From positions 2,304,001 through 2,368,000 of the forward strand of contig OY759316.1 in the NCBI GenBank assembly GCA_963662275.1: a stretch of 64,000 bases of DNA. The letters are read 5' to 3'. Below are positions 33,079 through 43,750 of the stretch, in pieces. Made by a program: the position numbers and the translations under genes. The notes below the pieces were generated by a model. That model saw only the letters and a list, made by a program, of their open reading frames with translations, was not told the origin of the DNA and made no database searches. The stretch's first letter is position 1, and every line of letters starts with the position of its first letter. This DNA is from Candidatus Cloacimonadales bacterium. Lineage in GTDB: Bacteria; Cloacimonadota; Cloacimonadia; Cloacimonadales; DAONDQ01.

Positions 33079-33215
33079 CCCACACTTCAGCGTGTCGGTA
33101 GTCACTGTCTTTAGCTTGTGCTATTTTACAGTAACCTGAAGGATACGACTACCGAGTGTTAGTCATAATTCAGGTGGGGAGCGAAAGCTCCCTGCCTGAT
33201 AATATTGGAGTCGAA

Positions 33216-35591
33216 ATGTCAAAGACTATGTTATTGATAATACTTACATTCTCAACAGGAATCCTATGCGCTATTACCCATACCGTAAACCTGGACGGCT
33301 CTGCCCAGTTTACTGCCATCCAATCCGCAATAAACGCATCCGTAGATAATGACACTGTATTAGTATATCCCGGAAGGTATTTGGAAAACATTACAATCCT
33401 AAATAAACGAATCATCTTAGGATCCAGGGAACTGACGACAGGCAATCCTTTGTATATAGGTCAAACCATCATTGATGGACAGAGACTCGAAAGCTGCATT
33501 AAAGTTTCGGGGACTGGACAAAATGAATCAGTATTTTCAATAATTAGAGGATTTACGATCACTAAAGGTCATGCGGTTATTGTACAATTTCAATATTTTA
33601 CTGAAGGAGGAGGAGTAAAAATATATAATAGTGCTAAAGTTGAATTAATCAACAATAGAATTTTTGATAATCAGTCTGGAGTTGGGGGTGGAGTATATAT
33701 ATCTTCTGGTTCGTTAAATTTACGAGGTAATAGTATCAGCGGAAATATAGCTTCAGTTTATGGTGGTGGAATTTATATAGTTGATGGTTCTATAGTAAAT
33801 TTTGATCCAATAATTCGGTCTAGTATTTACACAAATTTTGCTGGTCAAGGTTCAGATATTTTATTCTTCAATTTCGATAATCCTCCAACAGTTTATGCTG
33901 ACACAATTTCAGTAATTGATCAAACATCATATTTTATCTGTAATGAACAAGGATGGGATTGGGCATCACCTCAGCCTGTTATCGTAGCTAACCATGCCTA
34001 TATTAATGAAATAAATCATGATCTATATGTATCTCTTAACGGAAATGATGACAATGATGGTCAAAATCCAACAAGTCCGTTAAAAACGATTGCCATTGCA
34101 TTTCAAAGAATAGCTTCTGATAGTTTAAATCCTAAGACGGTATTTATAGCACCAGGAGAATATAAGCAATCAGAAGGACAAATTTATCCGATTCAACTCA
34201 AAACATATATTAATTTTATGGGAAGTGGTGAAAACACTACAAAAATAATACTAGATGATCCAAACTTCCCAACAAGTGGTATAATGTGTAGAATAACAAA
34301 ACATGCCAAATTTCAAGGATTTTCAATAAATGGATCAGACATCCAAGGAACTAGTGGAATATACTTAAGACCAGAGGATCCATTAGCAGAGATTTTGATA
34401 GATCGATTGACGTTTGAACATTTAAAAAGCTTATACCCTTATACATACGGTTCATCACTGTTTATTAACGCATGTCATAACGTTACCATCACGAATTCAA
34501 ATTTTCAAAATAACCGTGCGAACGGATCTGCAGGAATTAATTTAAACCGATCATCCGGTTTGATTGAAAATTGCAATTTCAAGGATAATATCGCTGATGA
34601 TCTCAGCCAGAGTATGACAGAAGGCTGTGATATTCAAGCAGAGGTTAATGGACATTTACTTATTAGAAATTGTAATTTTTCCGGTGGTCAAACGGCATTT
34701 GTTAATGAACCTAATTCACCGCTATTTGGTATTGTTAGCATTATCAGTGAACCCGGATCGATTTCGTATGTGAATATAGAAAATTGCTTATTTACTGACG
34801 GTCATGTTGCAGGTGGTGCTGCTTTCACTTTTAGTGGTGAGAATCCAGGCAAAATGAATATTATCAACTGTACTTTTGCCAATAACACTTCTTTGGAAAC
34901 TGCTACGGTTTTGAACGGATATATCAATGTAAAGAATTGTATATTCAAGAATCCAACAACACGAGAAATCATGTTGGGTTATCCTCAAGTATATGGAGTC
35001 GCTACAAATCTTCATATAGATTACAGTGATGTTAGAGGTGGTGCTGCTTTAATACCATTGCCCCAATATTATACCTGGGGTATGGGAAATACTACATTAG
35101 ACCCGCTCTTTGCCAGTACGAATCCGCTTGATGATAACTATCTTTATCTTACTGCAGATTCACCCTGCGTGGACACTGGCACACCGGATACCACAGGACT
35201 TTTCCTTCCTCTTGCAGATTTAGCGGGTAATTACCGTATCTGGAATAACCGCGTCGATATGGGTTGCTATGAGTTTGGTTCTCCTACAGGGAATGAAGAT
35301 GACTTACCTGCTAAATCAGGTGCTGCAATGTACAATTACCCCAATCCGTTCAATCCGAGTACGACGATTAGTTTTCATATTCCAATTAGCTCTCATGTGA
35401 GCCTGTCTGTATATAATATCAGAGGGCAGAAAGTAGCGCAATTGATCAATGAGAATATGCCATTGGGTCTGCATAAGGTCGTGTGGGATGGAAAAGACAA
35501 TAATAAACAAGCTGTGGGTTCGGGTGTATATTTTGTAAAGTTGGAAACTGGTAATGAGACCAGCACGAGAAAAATGATTCTGATTAAATAG
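33216..35591 (+). CDS. Secreted parallel beta-helix (DUF1565-like) protein with FlgD-Ig/T9SS-like C-terminal domain
   Basis: FTAIQSAI, YVSLNGNDDNDG..PLKTI, SPCVDTG, NYPNPFNPSTTI. Confidence 0.75.
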   Translation: MSKTMLLIILTFSTGILCAITHTVNLDGSAQFTAIQSAINASVDNDTVLVYPGRYLENITILNKRIILGSRELTTGNPLYIGQTIIDGQRLESCIKVSGTGQNESVFSIIRGFTITKGHAVIVQFQYFTEGGGVKIYNSAKVELINNRIFDNQSGVGGGVYISSGSLNLRGNSISGNIASVYGGGIYIVDGSIVNFDPIIRSSIYTNFAGQGSDILFFNFDNPPTVYADTISVIDQTSYFICNEQGWDWASPQPVIVANHAYINEINHDLYVSLNGNDDNDGQNPTSPLKTIAIAFQRIASDSLNPKTVFIAPGEYKQSEGQIYPIQLKTYINFMGSGENTTKIILDDPNFPTSGIMCRITKHAKFQGFSINGSDIQGTSGIYLRPEDPLAEILIDRLTFEHLKSLYPYTYGSSLFINACHNVTITNSNFQNNRANGSAGINLNRSSGLIENCNFKDNIADDLSQSMTEGCDIQAEVNGHLLIRNCNFSGGQTAFVNEPNSPLFGIVSIISEPGSISYVNIENCLFTDGHVAGGAAFTFSGENPGKMNIINCTFANNTSLETATVLNGYINVKNCIFKNPTTREIMLGYPQVYGVATNLHIDYSDVRGGAALIPLPQYYTWGMGNTTLDPLFASTNPLDDNYLYLTADSPCVDTGTPDTTGLFLPLADLAGNYRIWNNRVDMGCYEFGSPTGNEDDLPAKSGAAMYNYPNPFNPSTTISFHIPISSHVSLSVYNIRGQKVAQLINENMPLGLHKVVWDGKDNNKQAVGSGVYFVKLETGNETSTRKMILIK

Positions 35592-35631
35592 ACCCTCGAG
35601 TCTATCTGTTGCAGTACAGTATTACGGATAG

Positions 35632-35661
35632 GTAGGGATAAACCCATATGTTTATCCCTAC
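35632..35661. repeat. REP-like palindrome
   Basis: GTAGGGATAAAC-CCATAT-GTTTATCCCTAC. Confidence 0.7.
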
Positions 35662-35783
35662 AAAGGACATCAGGCATTGATCGCAATCTTATGATTCAAA
35701 TCGTATTTCTTGACAGAAAAGAGTTTTAGCAATTGCTGTATATAAATTAGTAAAGTCGAGGAAATATCACATAGTAAATAAAT

Positions 35784-37892
35784 ATGAAAAAATCACATGT
35801 ATATATCCTGTTAATAGTAGCAGTCTTATTAACTGCCATATCGTACAGTTATAAACCTTTAATACCTCGTATCCCGGCATATAATCTCAAGGAAGGTCAA
35901 ATCGCTGAATACGATATAATTGCACCTTTTACATTCAATATCGTGAAAACACCTTCGCAGGTGGAAGCTGAGGAAAAGGAATTATTCCTTCACATCACAC
36001 CCGTATACATCATATCTGAAGACATTAAATTCAATGCTCTTAAGAAAGTGAATGCTTTTATTGAAATCATCTCTAATAACAATAACCTGGCAGATAGTGC
36101 CACTGTGAATTCATCATTGAGGCAGAATGGGATTTCTCTCTCGCATGAAGCATTGGTCAATATCTTAGGAAGATCAAATCATACAGCTTTCTTTAAAGTG
36201 TTAACGGAAAAAGTTACCGGTTTGATGAATAACGGAATTTACGATCATGTACCATATGACAGTGTTTCCATTTCAGAAGGTTCAAATCTAATTCAAATGC
36301 CCAAGCACCAATTATTAAACATTAGTCAAGCCCGATCAAAATTCTCCGTAATATCTATTCCCAATATCAATAGCAATACACTGCATGAACTTAGCCAGGT
36401 GTTCATTATTCCCAATATTATAGAAAATAAAGACAAAACCGACCAACTATATACAGAAGCGAAATCACAGATACAAAAAATCATTGGTACTGTTCAGAAA
36501 AATGAGGAAATTATCCGAAAGAATAGTCGGATAACTTCAGATGATTTGCAAAAAATACAATCCATGCAAGCTGATCAGAATATCAAAGAGAATATCAGCA
36601 GCTTAAAACTGGCGATTAGAATCTTCGGTAATTTCTTGTTAAACTTATTCCTCATGCTAGGTTTTTACCTGATTATGATCCTGTACTTTCCCCATCATGA
36701 TTTTACCAAACGTGAAATCGTATTGATCTGGGGTGGCGTGCTATTCAATGCCATCATGACAATCGTTATGACCCAGATCTGGTCTTTTCAATTTCTTCTT
36801 CTGCCCTATTCTCTTTCAATCCTGATGATTTGTATCATTTTCAATACAAACCTGGGATTACTATATAATTTCATTAATTTTGTGATTGTCTCGCAATTTC
36901 TCAACTGGCAGATATTTGATCCTTTAATCCTGACAATTGCGACTATGGGTGCTGTTTTGTCACTTAAACGAATCACGGATAAACAGGATTATCTGAATGT
37001 GGGAATTTATCTCTTATTTTCCCTGCTGCTTGTGAATTTTGCTTTTTCATTATATAAAACAGACCCATTCATGGTTATCTTAAGACATTTCCTATATAGT
37101 GTTATATCAGCAACCCTCTCGATAGTGGGTCTGATCGTACTTGTTCCCTGGGTGGAAAGAAGATTGAATATAGCATCAAAACAAGTTCTCTTGGAATTAC
37201 TTGATTTCAATCATCCTATTCTGAAGAAGTTAGCTTCTAATGCCATGGGAACTTATCATCATTCTTTAGTCGTGGGAAATCTGTCTGAAAGCGCAGCCGA
37301 GGCAATTGGTGCTAATCCGCTTCTAGCAAGAGTTGGCAGTTATTATCATGATATTGGTAAAATTTCCAATCCGCAGATTTTTACGGAAAACAATGCTGGA
37401 TCAGACGAGATTCATGACCATCTTCCCCCGCTGGAAAGTGCTGCTAAGATTCGTTCCCATGTCAATGAAGGTGTAGCCCTTGCCCGTAAGAATAAAATAC
37501 CGCAAGCCGTGATAGATATCATTCAACAACATCATGGAACAAGTGTGATTCGTTATTTTCTGAATAAAGCAGAGAAGGAAGGTTTGAATATCGATCTTTC
37601 GAAATATCAGTATCCGGGACCAAAACCATGTAGTAAAGAAGCAGCTCTTGTCATGATCGCCGATATCGTCGAAGCGACATCTAAATCTATGAATGACCCT
37701 TCCACTGATGCAATTCAAAAAATGCTTGATCTCACTATCCTGCACCTGATCCGTGACGGACAGTTGGATGAAGCTCCTATTACTCTCCAAGAGCTTGATC
37801 TGGCAAAGAAGAAAATGTTTCCCATACTGGAGAGTATATATCGTAAACGTCTGGAATATCCTGAAGAGAAACGGGAAAGAGAAAGTTCATGA
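35784..37892 (+). CDS. 7TM-HDIG phosphohydrolase (PgpH-like cyclic dinucleotide phosphodiesterase)
   Basis: Extracellular domain, 7 TM helices, GTYHHS, YYHDIGK, QHHGT, YPGPKP, ADIVEA. Confidence 0.88.
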   Translation: MKKSHVYILLIVAVLLTAISYSYKPLIPRIPAYNLKEGQIAEYDIIAPFTFNIVKTPSQVEAEEKELFLHITPVYIISEDIKFNALKKVNAFIEIISNNNNLADSATVNSSLRQNGISLSHEALVNILGRSNHTAFFKVLTEKVTGLMNNGIYDHVPYDSVSISEGSNLIQMPKHQLLNISQARSKFSVISIPNINSNTLHELSQVFIIPNIIENKDKTDQLYTEAKSQIQKIIGTVQKNEEIIRKNSRITSDDLQKIQSMQADQNIKENISSLKLAIRIFGNFLLNLFLMLGFYLIMILYFPHHDFTKREIVLIWGGVLFNAIMTIVMTQIWSFQFLLLPYSLSILMICIIFNTNLGLLYNFINFVIVSQFLNWQIFDPLILTIATMGAVLSLKRITDKQDYLNVGIYLLFSLLLVNFAFSLYKTDPFMVILRHFLYSVISATLSIVGLIVLVPWVERRLNIASKQVLLELLDFNHPILKKLASNAMGTYHHSLVVGNLSESAAEAIGANPLLARVGSYYHDIGKISNPQIFTENNAGSDEIHDHLPPLESAAKIRSHVNEGVALARKNKIPQAVIDIIQQHHGTSVIRYFLNKAEKEGLNIDLSKYQYPGPKPCSKEAALVMIADIVEATSKSMNDPSTDAIQKMLDLTILHLIRDGQLDEAPITLQELDLAKKKMFPILESIYRKRLEYPEEKRERESS

Positions 37893-38308
37893 CGAATCTC
37901 AGTGTTTCGAAGGACTGTCAGTGTAGGATTCCAAGGAAAAGAATTGCGGATATCATCACCCACGCTATTGAACTAGGAGATATCAAATCAGATGCCCAAA
38001 TTCAATTGCTTATGACTCATGATGTTCAAATCAGTGAACTCAACCGGAGATATCGCGGATTAAATGAGATAACGGATATTCTCACATTTCCATCAGAAGT
38101 TCCCGAGTCCAGTTTCCTGGGAGATATTGTTATTGACATCCAACAAGCTGCACGACAAAAAGGAAATCATCGATTGGAAAATGAAATAGTCATCCTTTTC
38201 ATTCATGGTATCCTGCATTTAATAGGTTATGATCACATTCGGAAAGAAGACCGAAACCGAATGCTGCTCAAAGAAACAGAATATCGGTCATTCATAAAGG
38301 AGAAATAA
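37889..38308 (+). CDS. ybeY: rRNA maturation endoribonuclease
   Basis: TDILTF, LGDIVI, IHGILHLIGYDH. Confidence 0.92.
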   Translation: MTNLSVSKDCQCRIPRKRIADIITHAIELGDIKSDAQIQLLMTHDVQISELNRRYRGLNEITDILTFPSEVPESSFLGDIVIDIQQAARQKGNHRLENEIVILFIHGILHLIGYDHIRKEDRNRMLLKETEYRSFIKEK

Positions 38309-38313
38309 ACCCC

Positions 38314-39585
38314 GTGGATATAGCCACGCTAGTTCTCACATTTGTTATCCTAATTCTATGTAGTGCCTTCTTTTCTGCATCAGAAACTGCTTTTTTTTCT
38401 TTAAATAAAATCCAGATATCTATGCTGAATAATTCTGAGAGAAAACGAGATAGGCGTATATTAAGAATACTTAAAAAACCTAGAAGATTACTTATTACTG
38501 TTCTTTTCGGCAATACTCTTGTGAATGTGGGAGCATCTACAACAGCCACAATCATTGCCATTAAAATAGCGGAAGGTTATCACTATAACGTGCCGTTATG
38601 TGTAACATTGCAGATAGTAATCACTACGCTGATTTTGCTTCTCTTTGGAGAAGTTACTCCCAAGATGCTATCTTTCTCAAAACCGGTCGCCTTTGCTGGC
38701 TTCGCATCCCTTATGATCACTTTTCTGGAAACCATTTTGTATCCAGTTATCATCATTCTTGTTTGGTTGAGTAATCTTATCTCTAAGAAAGATAATATTG
38801 AAACGCAATTTGAAAATAGTTTTACTTCAGAGGATTTCAAAAACCTGATCACCTCCAAATCCTCTAATCATCCGTTGGATGAAAATGAAAAAAAGATAAT
38901 TGCCAGTATCTTCAGGCTTTCCACTACTGAATTAAGAGAAATCATTGTTCCGCGAGTGGATATCGTAGCTGTTGAAGAGGAAAGTAGTCTCGATGATCTC
39001 CGGGTAATACTCATGGAATCAGGTTATTCAAGGATTCCTGTTTATCGTGATCATATTGATGATATCATCGGAATCATTTATGCAAAGGACTTGATCTTAT
39101 ATCCTGAGAAAAACACGGTGAAGGATTTAATGCGTGCTCCTTACTATGTAACCGAAAATATGAAGGTTCAAGTTCTCCTTAACCAGTTTAAAAGTAAAAA
39201 GCTTCAAATTGCAATCGTAGTGGATGAATACGGTGGAACTGCCGGTTTGATTAGTCTCGAAGATATTATGGAAGAGCTTGTAGGGGAAATTCTAGATGAA
39301 TATGATGAAGATGAACCTCCTATGCTGCATAAACTGAATGAAAATGAATATATTGTGAATGGGATGTATGGAATTGGTGATTTGAATCATGAATTTGGTT
39401 TGGGGATTGATACTTCACTATATGATAATATTGCTGATTTTTTACTTGCTGAGTTTAATAAGATACCTAAGCGTGGAGACTCCATCACCATTGAAAATAA
39501 AGTCGTTTTTCTGATTACAAATATTAAAGGACAGCGTATTCATTATGTGAAAATGCGACTGTTGAATGTTCATGATGAATCATAA
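38314..39585 (+). CDS. CNNM/CBS/CorC hemolysin-family membrane protein
   Basis: SAFFSASETA, GEVTPK, GYSRIPVY, VDEYGGTAG. Confidence 0.9.
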   Translation: MDIATLVLTFVILILCSAFFSASETAFFSLNKIQISMLNNSERKRDRRILRILKKPRRLLITVLFGNTLVNVGASTTATIIAIKIAEGYHYNVPLCVTLQIVITTLILLLFGEVTPKMLSFSKPVAFAGFASLMITFLETILYPVIIILVWLSNLISKKDNIETQFENSFTSEDFKNLITSKSSNHPLDENEKKIIASIFRLSTTELREIIVPRVDIVAVEEESSLDDLRVILMESGYSRIPVYRDHIDDIIGIIYAKDLILYPEKNTVKDLMRAPYYVTENMKVQVLLNQFKSKKLQIAIVVDEYGGTAGLISLEDIMEELVGEILDEYDEDEPPMLHKLNENEYIVNGMYGIGDLNHEFGLGIDTSLYDNIADFLLAEFNKIPKRGDSITIENKVVFLITNIKGQRIHYVKMRLLNVHDES

Positions 39586-40315
39586 ATTGAGGATTTTATC
39601 TAGCTTTTTTGTATTCTTTGCACTCTGCTTAGGAGTACAGTTAAATGCAGAAATTTATCAGTATAAGATCACCTGTCTTGGTATACGCGTAGTGGATATA
39701 AATATTACTAATTATTTCAACCAGGAAATCGGCTTGTTACGTGTAAAAGCTGATTCATACTTTACTACTTCCATCTTTCCATTTATCCATAACACTTATA
39801 TCACCAGGTACGAAGATGATTTCTTACCAGTCAGTTATGAAAAACATGTTGATCAGAAAAAGTACTTTGAAGATCGAATCTGCACTTATAATCGTGAGAA
39901 TAAAACCGCGATTATGATAGACCGTTTAAAGGACAAGACGACTAGTTATTCCATTATGCCTAGCAGCCGTGATTTTTTTTCTGCTCTGCTTTATATCTCA
40001 AACCACCTGCAAGTAAAAGATGATATTTGGTTGGATGCAAATAAATTGATTTGGAAAGCATCTTACGAAAGGGAAGATAAGGAGATCATAAAAACTTCTA
40101 TGGGTAAATTCCCAGCAATCCGTATCAAAATGCGATTTCATAAAATATCTGCAGAACCCAAGGAAAACTCCGATATGTTGACCAATCAACTGGTAAATGA
40201 AGACAATACTTTATATCTATGGATATCTGATGACAATCGTCACTTACCTTTGAGAGCCAAATATGAAAGAAAACCATTCCCTGTATACTGGGAAATTACT
40301 TCCTATAAACCCTGA
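39566..40315 (+). CDS. DUF3108-like exported protein
   Basis: Signal peptide; GKFPAIRI and LWISDDNRHLPLR; the true start may be ATG 39572 or 39575. Confidence 0.6.
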   Translation: MFMMNHKLRILSSFFVFFALCLGVQLNAEIYQYKITCLGIRVVDINITNYFNQEIGLLRVKADSYFTTSIFPFIHNTYITRYEDDFLPVSYEKHVDQKKYFEDRICTYNRENKTAIMIDRLKDKTTSYSIMPSSRDFFSALLYISNHLQVKDDIWLDANKLIWKASYEREDKEIIKTSMGKFPAIRIKMRFHKISAEPKENSDMLTNQLVNEDNTLYLWISDDNRHLPLRAKYERKPFPVYWEITSYKP

Positions 40316-40324
40316 GGACTATCT

Positions 40325-40705
40325 ATGAAACTAGCAAATCCCTGCAAATTCTATATGTGTATGTTTATTATCTGGGGTATATTGATCCTCATAGTTTCAT
40401 CAATCCCTAATCTCAAGCTTCCTGTTCCTGAACAATACTCAGAGGATAAAGTTGCCCATTTTTTTGAGTATTTTGTGTTTTCAGGTTTATTCAGTTTATA
40501 CTTGTTTTTCAGTAATCGATCAGAACAAAAAATTTTTATATTGACACTGATTCTTATTGCATTTGCTTATTTAGATGAATTACATCAGAAACTAATACCA
40601 GGAAGACAGTATTCTCTTTTTGATTTTAGTGCTGATTTTCTTGGAATCATTTGCGGTTGGTCTGCCTTGTATTTTATGAAATGGAAACAAAGGAAAACTA
40701 CATGA
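40325..40705 (+). CDS. VanZ family membrane protein
   Basis: DKVAHFFEY, DELHQKLIPGR, DFSADFLG. Confidence 0.85.
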   Translation: MKLANPCKFYMCMFIIWGILILIVSSIPNLKLPVPEQYSEDKVAHFFEYFVFSGLFSLYLFFSNRSEQKIFILTLILIAFAYLDELHQKLIPGRQYSLFDFSADFLGIICGWSALYFMKWKQRKTT

Positions 40706-41970
40706 CTGAGATAATTGCTAATCATTCGATAATTCAAACTAATGTTGCTTGGAAATGGCGACAAATTGAATCGGCGATCCATGATACAATGTCGCTGTTC
40801 AATTTTCAAGAAATCAGACCTTCATTAGTATCCAATTATCATCTTATAGCTCACGCTCTCATTCATTTTCAAAATCATGATATCATCGATAATAACGAAT
40901 ACGGTTTTCTACGCTTGCATGAACCTAAACAAGACTTATGTTTACGTCCCGAAGGTACAATCTCGATTTTAAATAGTACAATAGCAGACAAAGCAAAGAA
41001 TGAAATACAAAAGCTATACTATCTTGGTCCGATGTTTCGGAAGAATGCAAGTTGTGAGATAGAAGAATTCAGTCAGCTTGGAATTGAAATTCTTGGCAGT
41101 TCAACTCTTATCTCAGATGATGAAGCAATTCGACTATCTTTGCAACTATGCAAGAAATTCGGTTTTAATAATTCATGGGTCGAAATTGGCAGTCATGGTT
41201 GTGAACGATGTCGTCCAAGTTATATTAAAAAACGCAATGCTTATCTAATGGAACATAAGGATGATTTCTGTCCTGAATGTTCAGAGAAAATGCTGCAAAA
41301 TCCTTCCAATATTCCTGATTGTAAAACAAAAAAATGTCGGGATAATCTTGTCCATCTTCCGAAATTAGGTAATTCTCTTTGTGATGACTGCTCTGCTCAA
41401 TTCAATCAATTACAGAAAACGCTTGGAAATCTGATGACCAATTATAAAATCAATCATGATCTAAAACTCAGCTTCGGATATTATCGACAAACTGTTTTCG
41501 ATATCCTGATTGATACCGCATCCGGTCCCCGTGTCATTGGAGGAGGTGGTCGATATGATGATTTATCATTATTTGTCACTGGTCACCCGCTTCCATCGGT
41601 TGGTTTTGCTTTGGAATTAGATCTAGTATTCCGGTACTTGGAAGAAAAGAATCTCTTTATTCAACCTGAGACTCAATTCCGAGTATATTTATGTATGCAG
41701 ACCTTAGGTTTGGACACCATTATTATGCAGATTAGCGAAGAACTCAGAAGCCATAATTTTTCCACAGTCCTCGGAGTTAATTGTAATGATTTTCAAAAAG
41801 AATGTGAACTGGCTTCTCGACAGAATTGTACTACGATGATTATTGTTAATGGAAATGATATCAGGGAAGGAAAAGTCCTTCTCAAGAATTTCCTGAAAGA
41901 ACACCAGGAATATATCAAATTGAGTGATTTAATACCACAGCTTAATGTAATACGTAAAACATTCATGTAA
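40702..41970 (+). CDS. Histidyl-tRNA synthetase-like protein (divergent; HisS/HisZ fold)
   Basis: LRPEGT, YYLGPMFR, GGGRYD and a C-terminal anticodon-type domain; several catalytic motifs altered; ATG 40702 overlaps the vanZ stop. Confidence 0.7.
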   Translation: MTEIIANHSIIQTNVAWKWRQIESAIHDTMSLFNFQEIRPSLVSNYHLIAHALIHFQNHDIIDNNEYGFLRLHEPKQDLCLRPEGTISILNSTIADKAKNEIQKLYYLGPMFRKNASCEIEEFSQLGIEILGSSTLISDDEAIRLSLQLCKKFGFNNSWVEIGSHGCERCRPSYIKKRNAYLMEHKDDFCPECSEKMLQNPSNIPDCKTKKCRDNLVHLPKLGNSLCDDCSAQFNQLQKTLGNLMTNYKINHDLKLSFGYYRQTVFDILIDTASGPRVIGGGGRYDDLSLFVTGHPLPSVGFALELDLVFRYLEEKNLFIQPETQFRVYLCMQTLGLDTIIMQISEELRSHNFSTVLGVNCNDFQKECELASRQNCTTMIIVNGNDIREGKVLLKNFLKEHQEYIKLSDLIPQLNVIRKTFM

Positions 41971-41985
41971 AAAAGGAGATTTACT

Positions 41986-42357
41986 ATGAGAGCCGTACAC
42001 ACAATCAACGCTCCGAAAGCAATTGGACCATACTCGCAGGCAATGATGCACAATGGCTTACTTTTTGTTTCTGGTCAAATTGGCATTGATCCCTTTACTG
42101 CGGAATTAGCTAAAAACTTCGCAGAAGAAGCCAGATTATGTTTCTCCAGTCTGAGAGAAATTTTATCTGAAGCAGGAATGAGCTTTGCGAAAGTTGTAAA
42201 AGTCAGTATATTTATCACTGATTTGCGCAACTTCGAAGCTCTCAATGAAATTTATGCCCAATTCTTCTCTGAGCCTTATCCTGCCAGAGAAACTGTTCAG
42301 GTAGCTGCATTACCTAAGAATGCTTCTATTGAGATATCCCTGGTTGCTATGTCATAA
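41986..42357 (+). CDS. RidA (YjgF/YER057c/UK114) family deaminase
   Basis: APKAIGPYSQA, VSGQI, YPARETVQVAALP. Confidence 0.92.
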   Translation: MRAVHTINAPKAIGPYSQAMMHNGLLFVSGQIGIDPFTAELAKNFAEEARLCFSSLREILSEAGMSFAKVVKVSIFITDLRNFEALNEIYAQFFSEPYPARETVQVAALPKNASIEISLVAMS

Positions 42358-42366
42358 GGAAAGTAC

Positions 42367-42897
42367 ATGAGTATTTCAACGAAAAAGGGAGATCACGGAC
42401 TCACTAGCCTCTGGTCAGGTGAAGAAGTCTGGAAGAATGATCCCAGGGTTGAAGCTTACGGTACATTAGATGAATTGGATGCCCATATTGGAGAAGCAAA
42501 ACACTCGATTACCATAGAAGATATTCGAAAAATCCTGGCACAAATACAGAATGATCTTTATCATATTATGGGTGAATTGGCTACTGCAAATATGAGCTAT
42601 CCGGAGCCAATATCATTAGAAGTATGTGATCGGCTGACAGATATCGTTCATCGGTATGAAGAAAATCTTCAATTAACCGGATTCGTAATACTTGGAAATA
42701 CACTAGCATCGGCAAAACTCGATATCTGTAGAACAATCACACGCAGAGCTGAAAGGAAGATTATTTCCCTGGGTCAGGTTACCCAAGTTCCTGAAGCCAT
42801 ATTAGTTTATGTAAATCGTCTTTCCGATGTGTTTTACATCTTAGCTCGAGCTGAAGAAAAACAACAGGGAAAGCTGGAATATATAAAGAAAGGATAG
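42367..42897 (+). CDS. PduO-type cob(I)alamin adenosyltransferase
   Basis: [30 protein letters not shown]. Confidence 0.9.
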   Translation: MSISTKKGDHGLTSLWSGEEVWKNDPRVEAYGTLDELDAHIGEAKHSITIEDIRKILAQIQNDLYHIMGELATANMSYPEPISLEVCDRLTDIVHRYEENLQLTGFVILGNTLASAKLDICRTITRRAERKIISLGQVTQVPEAILVYVNRLSDVFYILARAEEKQQGKLEYIKKG

Positions 42898-42905
42898 GAA
42901 TATTT

Positions 42906-43652
42906 ATGTACAAATTAGTTGTTGTTAGACATGGTGAAAGTCTATGGAATAAGGAAAATCGCTTCACCGGCTGGACAGATATCGATCTTTCTGATAAGGG
43001 AATTGTAGAAGCAACTGCCGGTGCAAAAGCTATTATTGATGCAGGCTTGTCTTTTGACATAGCCTATACATCCGTTTTGAAAAGAGCGATTCGCACTTTA
43101 TGGATTATGCTTGAAAAAATGGACTTGATGTGGTTACCTGTGGTTCGTCATTGGCGACTAAATGAAAAACACTACGGTACACTGCAAGGTTTGAATAAAT
43201 CAGAAACTGCCATGAAATATGGTGAAGAACAAGTCAAACTTTGGCGTCGCAGTTATGATGTACAACCTCCTGCACTTACAAAAGAAGATCCTCGCCATCC
43301 GGGACATGACAGGCGTTATTATAGCCTTACGCCAAACGAATTACCGAACACCGAATGTTTGAAAGACACTGTAGCCAGGGTCATACCCTATTGGAATGAA
43401 GTCTTGGCTCCTGCAATCAAATCAGGTCAGAGAGTACTCATTGTTGCTCATGGCAATAGCTTGAGAGCATTGGTCAAATTCCTGGATCAAATACCTGATG
43501 AAGAAATTGTTGAACTCAATATACCCACCGGTATTCCTTTGGTGTATGAACTTGATGATGACTTGAAACCATTACGTCATTATTACCTGGGTGATCCCGA
43601 TGAAATAGCCAAGGCGCAGGAAGCTGTTGCCAACCAGGGTAAAGCTAAATAA
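42906..43652 (+). CDS. gpmA: 2,3-bisphosphoglycerate-dependent phosphoglycerate mutase
   Basis: [28 protein letters not shown]. Confidence 0.97.
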   Translation: MYKLVVVRHGESLWNKENRFTGWTDIDLSDKGIVEATAGAKAIIDAGLSFDIAYTSVLKRAIRTLWIMLEKMDLMWLPVVRHWRLNEKHYGTLQGLNKSETAMKYGEEQVKLWRRSYDVQPPALTKEDPRHPGHDRRYYSLTPNELPNTECLKDTVARVIPYWNEVLAPAIKSGQRVLIVAHGNSLRALVKFLDQIPDEEIVELNIPTGIPLVYELDDDLKPLRHYYLGDPDEIAKAQEAVANQGKAK

Positions 43653-43655
43653 TTT

Positions 43656-43750
43656 GTAGAGACGTGCAATATGCGCGTCTCTACTTCTTCGTGGCATAAG
43701 ATTCCGATCTTATGGTCTGTTCCGTGTAGAGCATGACGCCGATCATGCTG
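43656..43750. repeat. Cluster of three different GTAG/GTGG-led REP-like hairpins
   Basis: GTAGAGACG..CGTCTCTAC (43656-43684); GTGG-CATAAGAT-TCCG-ATCTTATG; GTAG-AGCATGA..TCATGCT. Confidence 0.65.
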
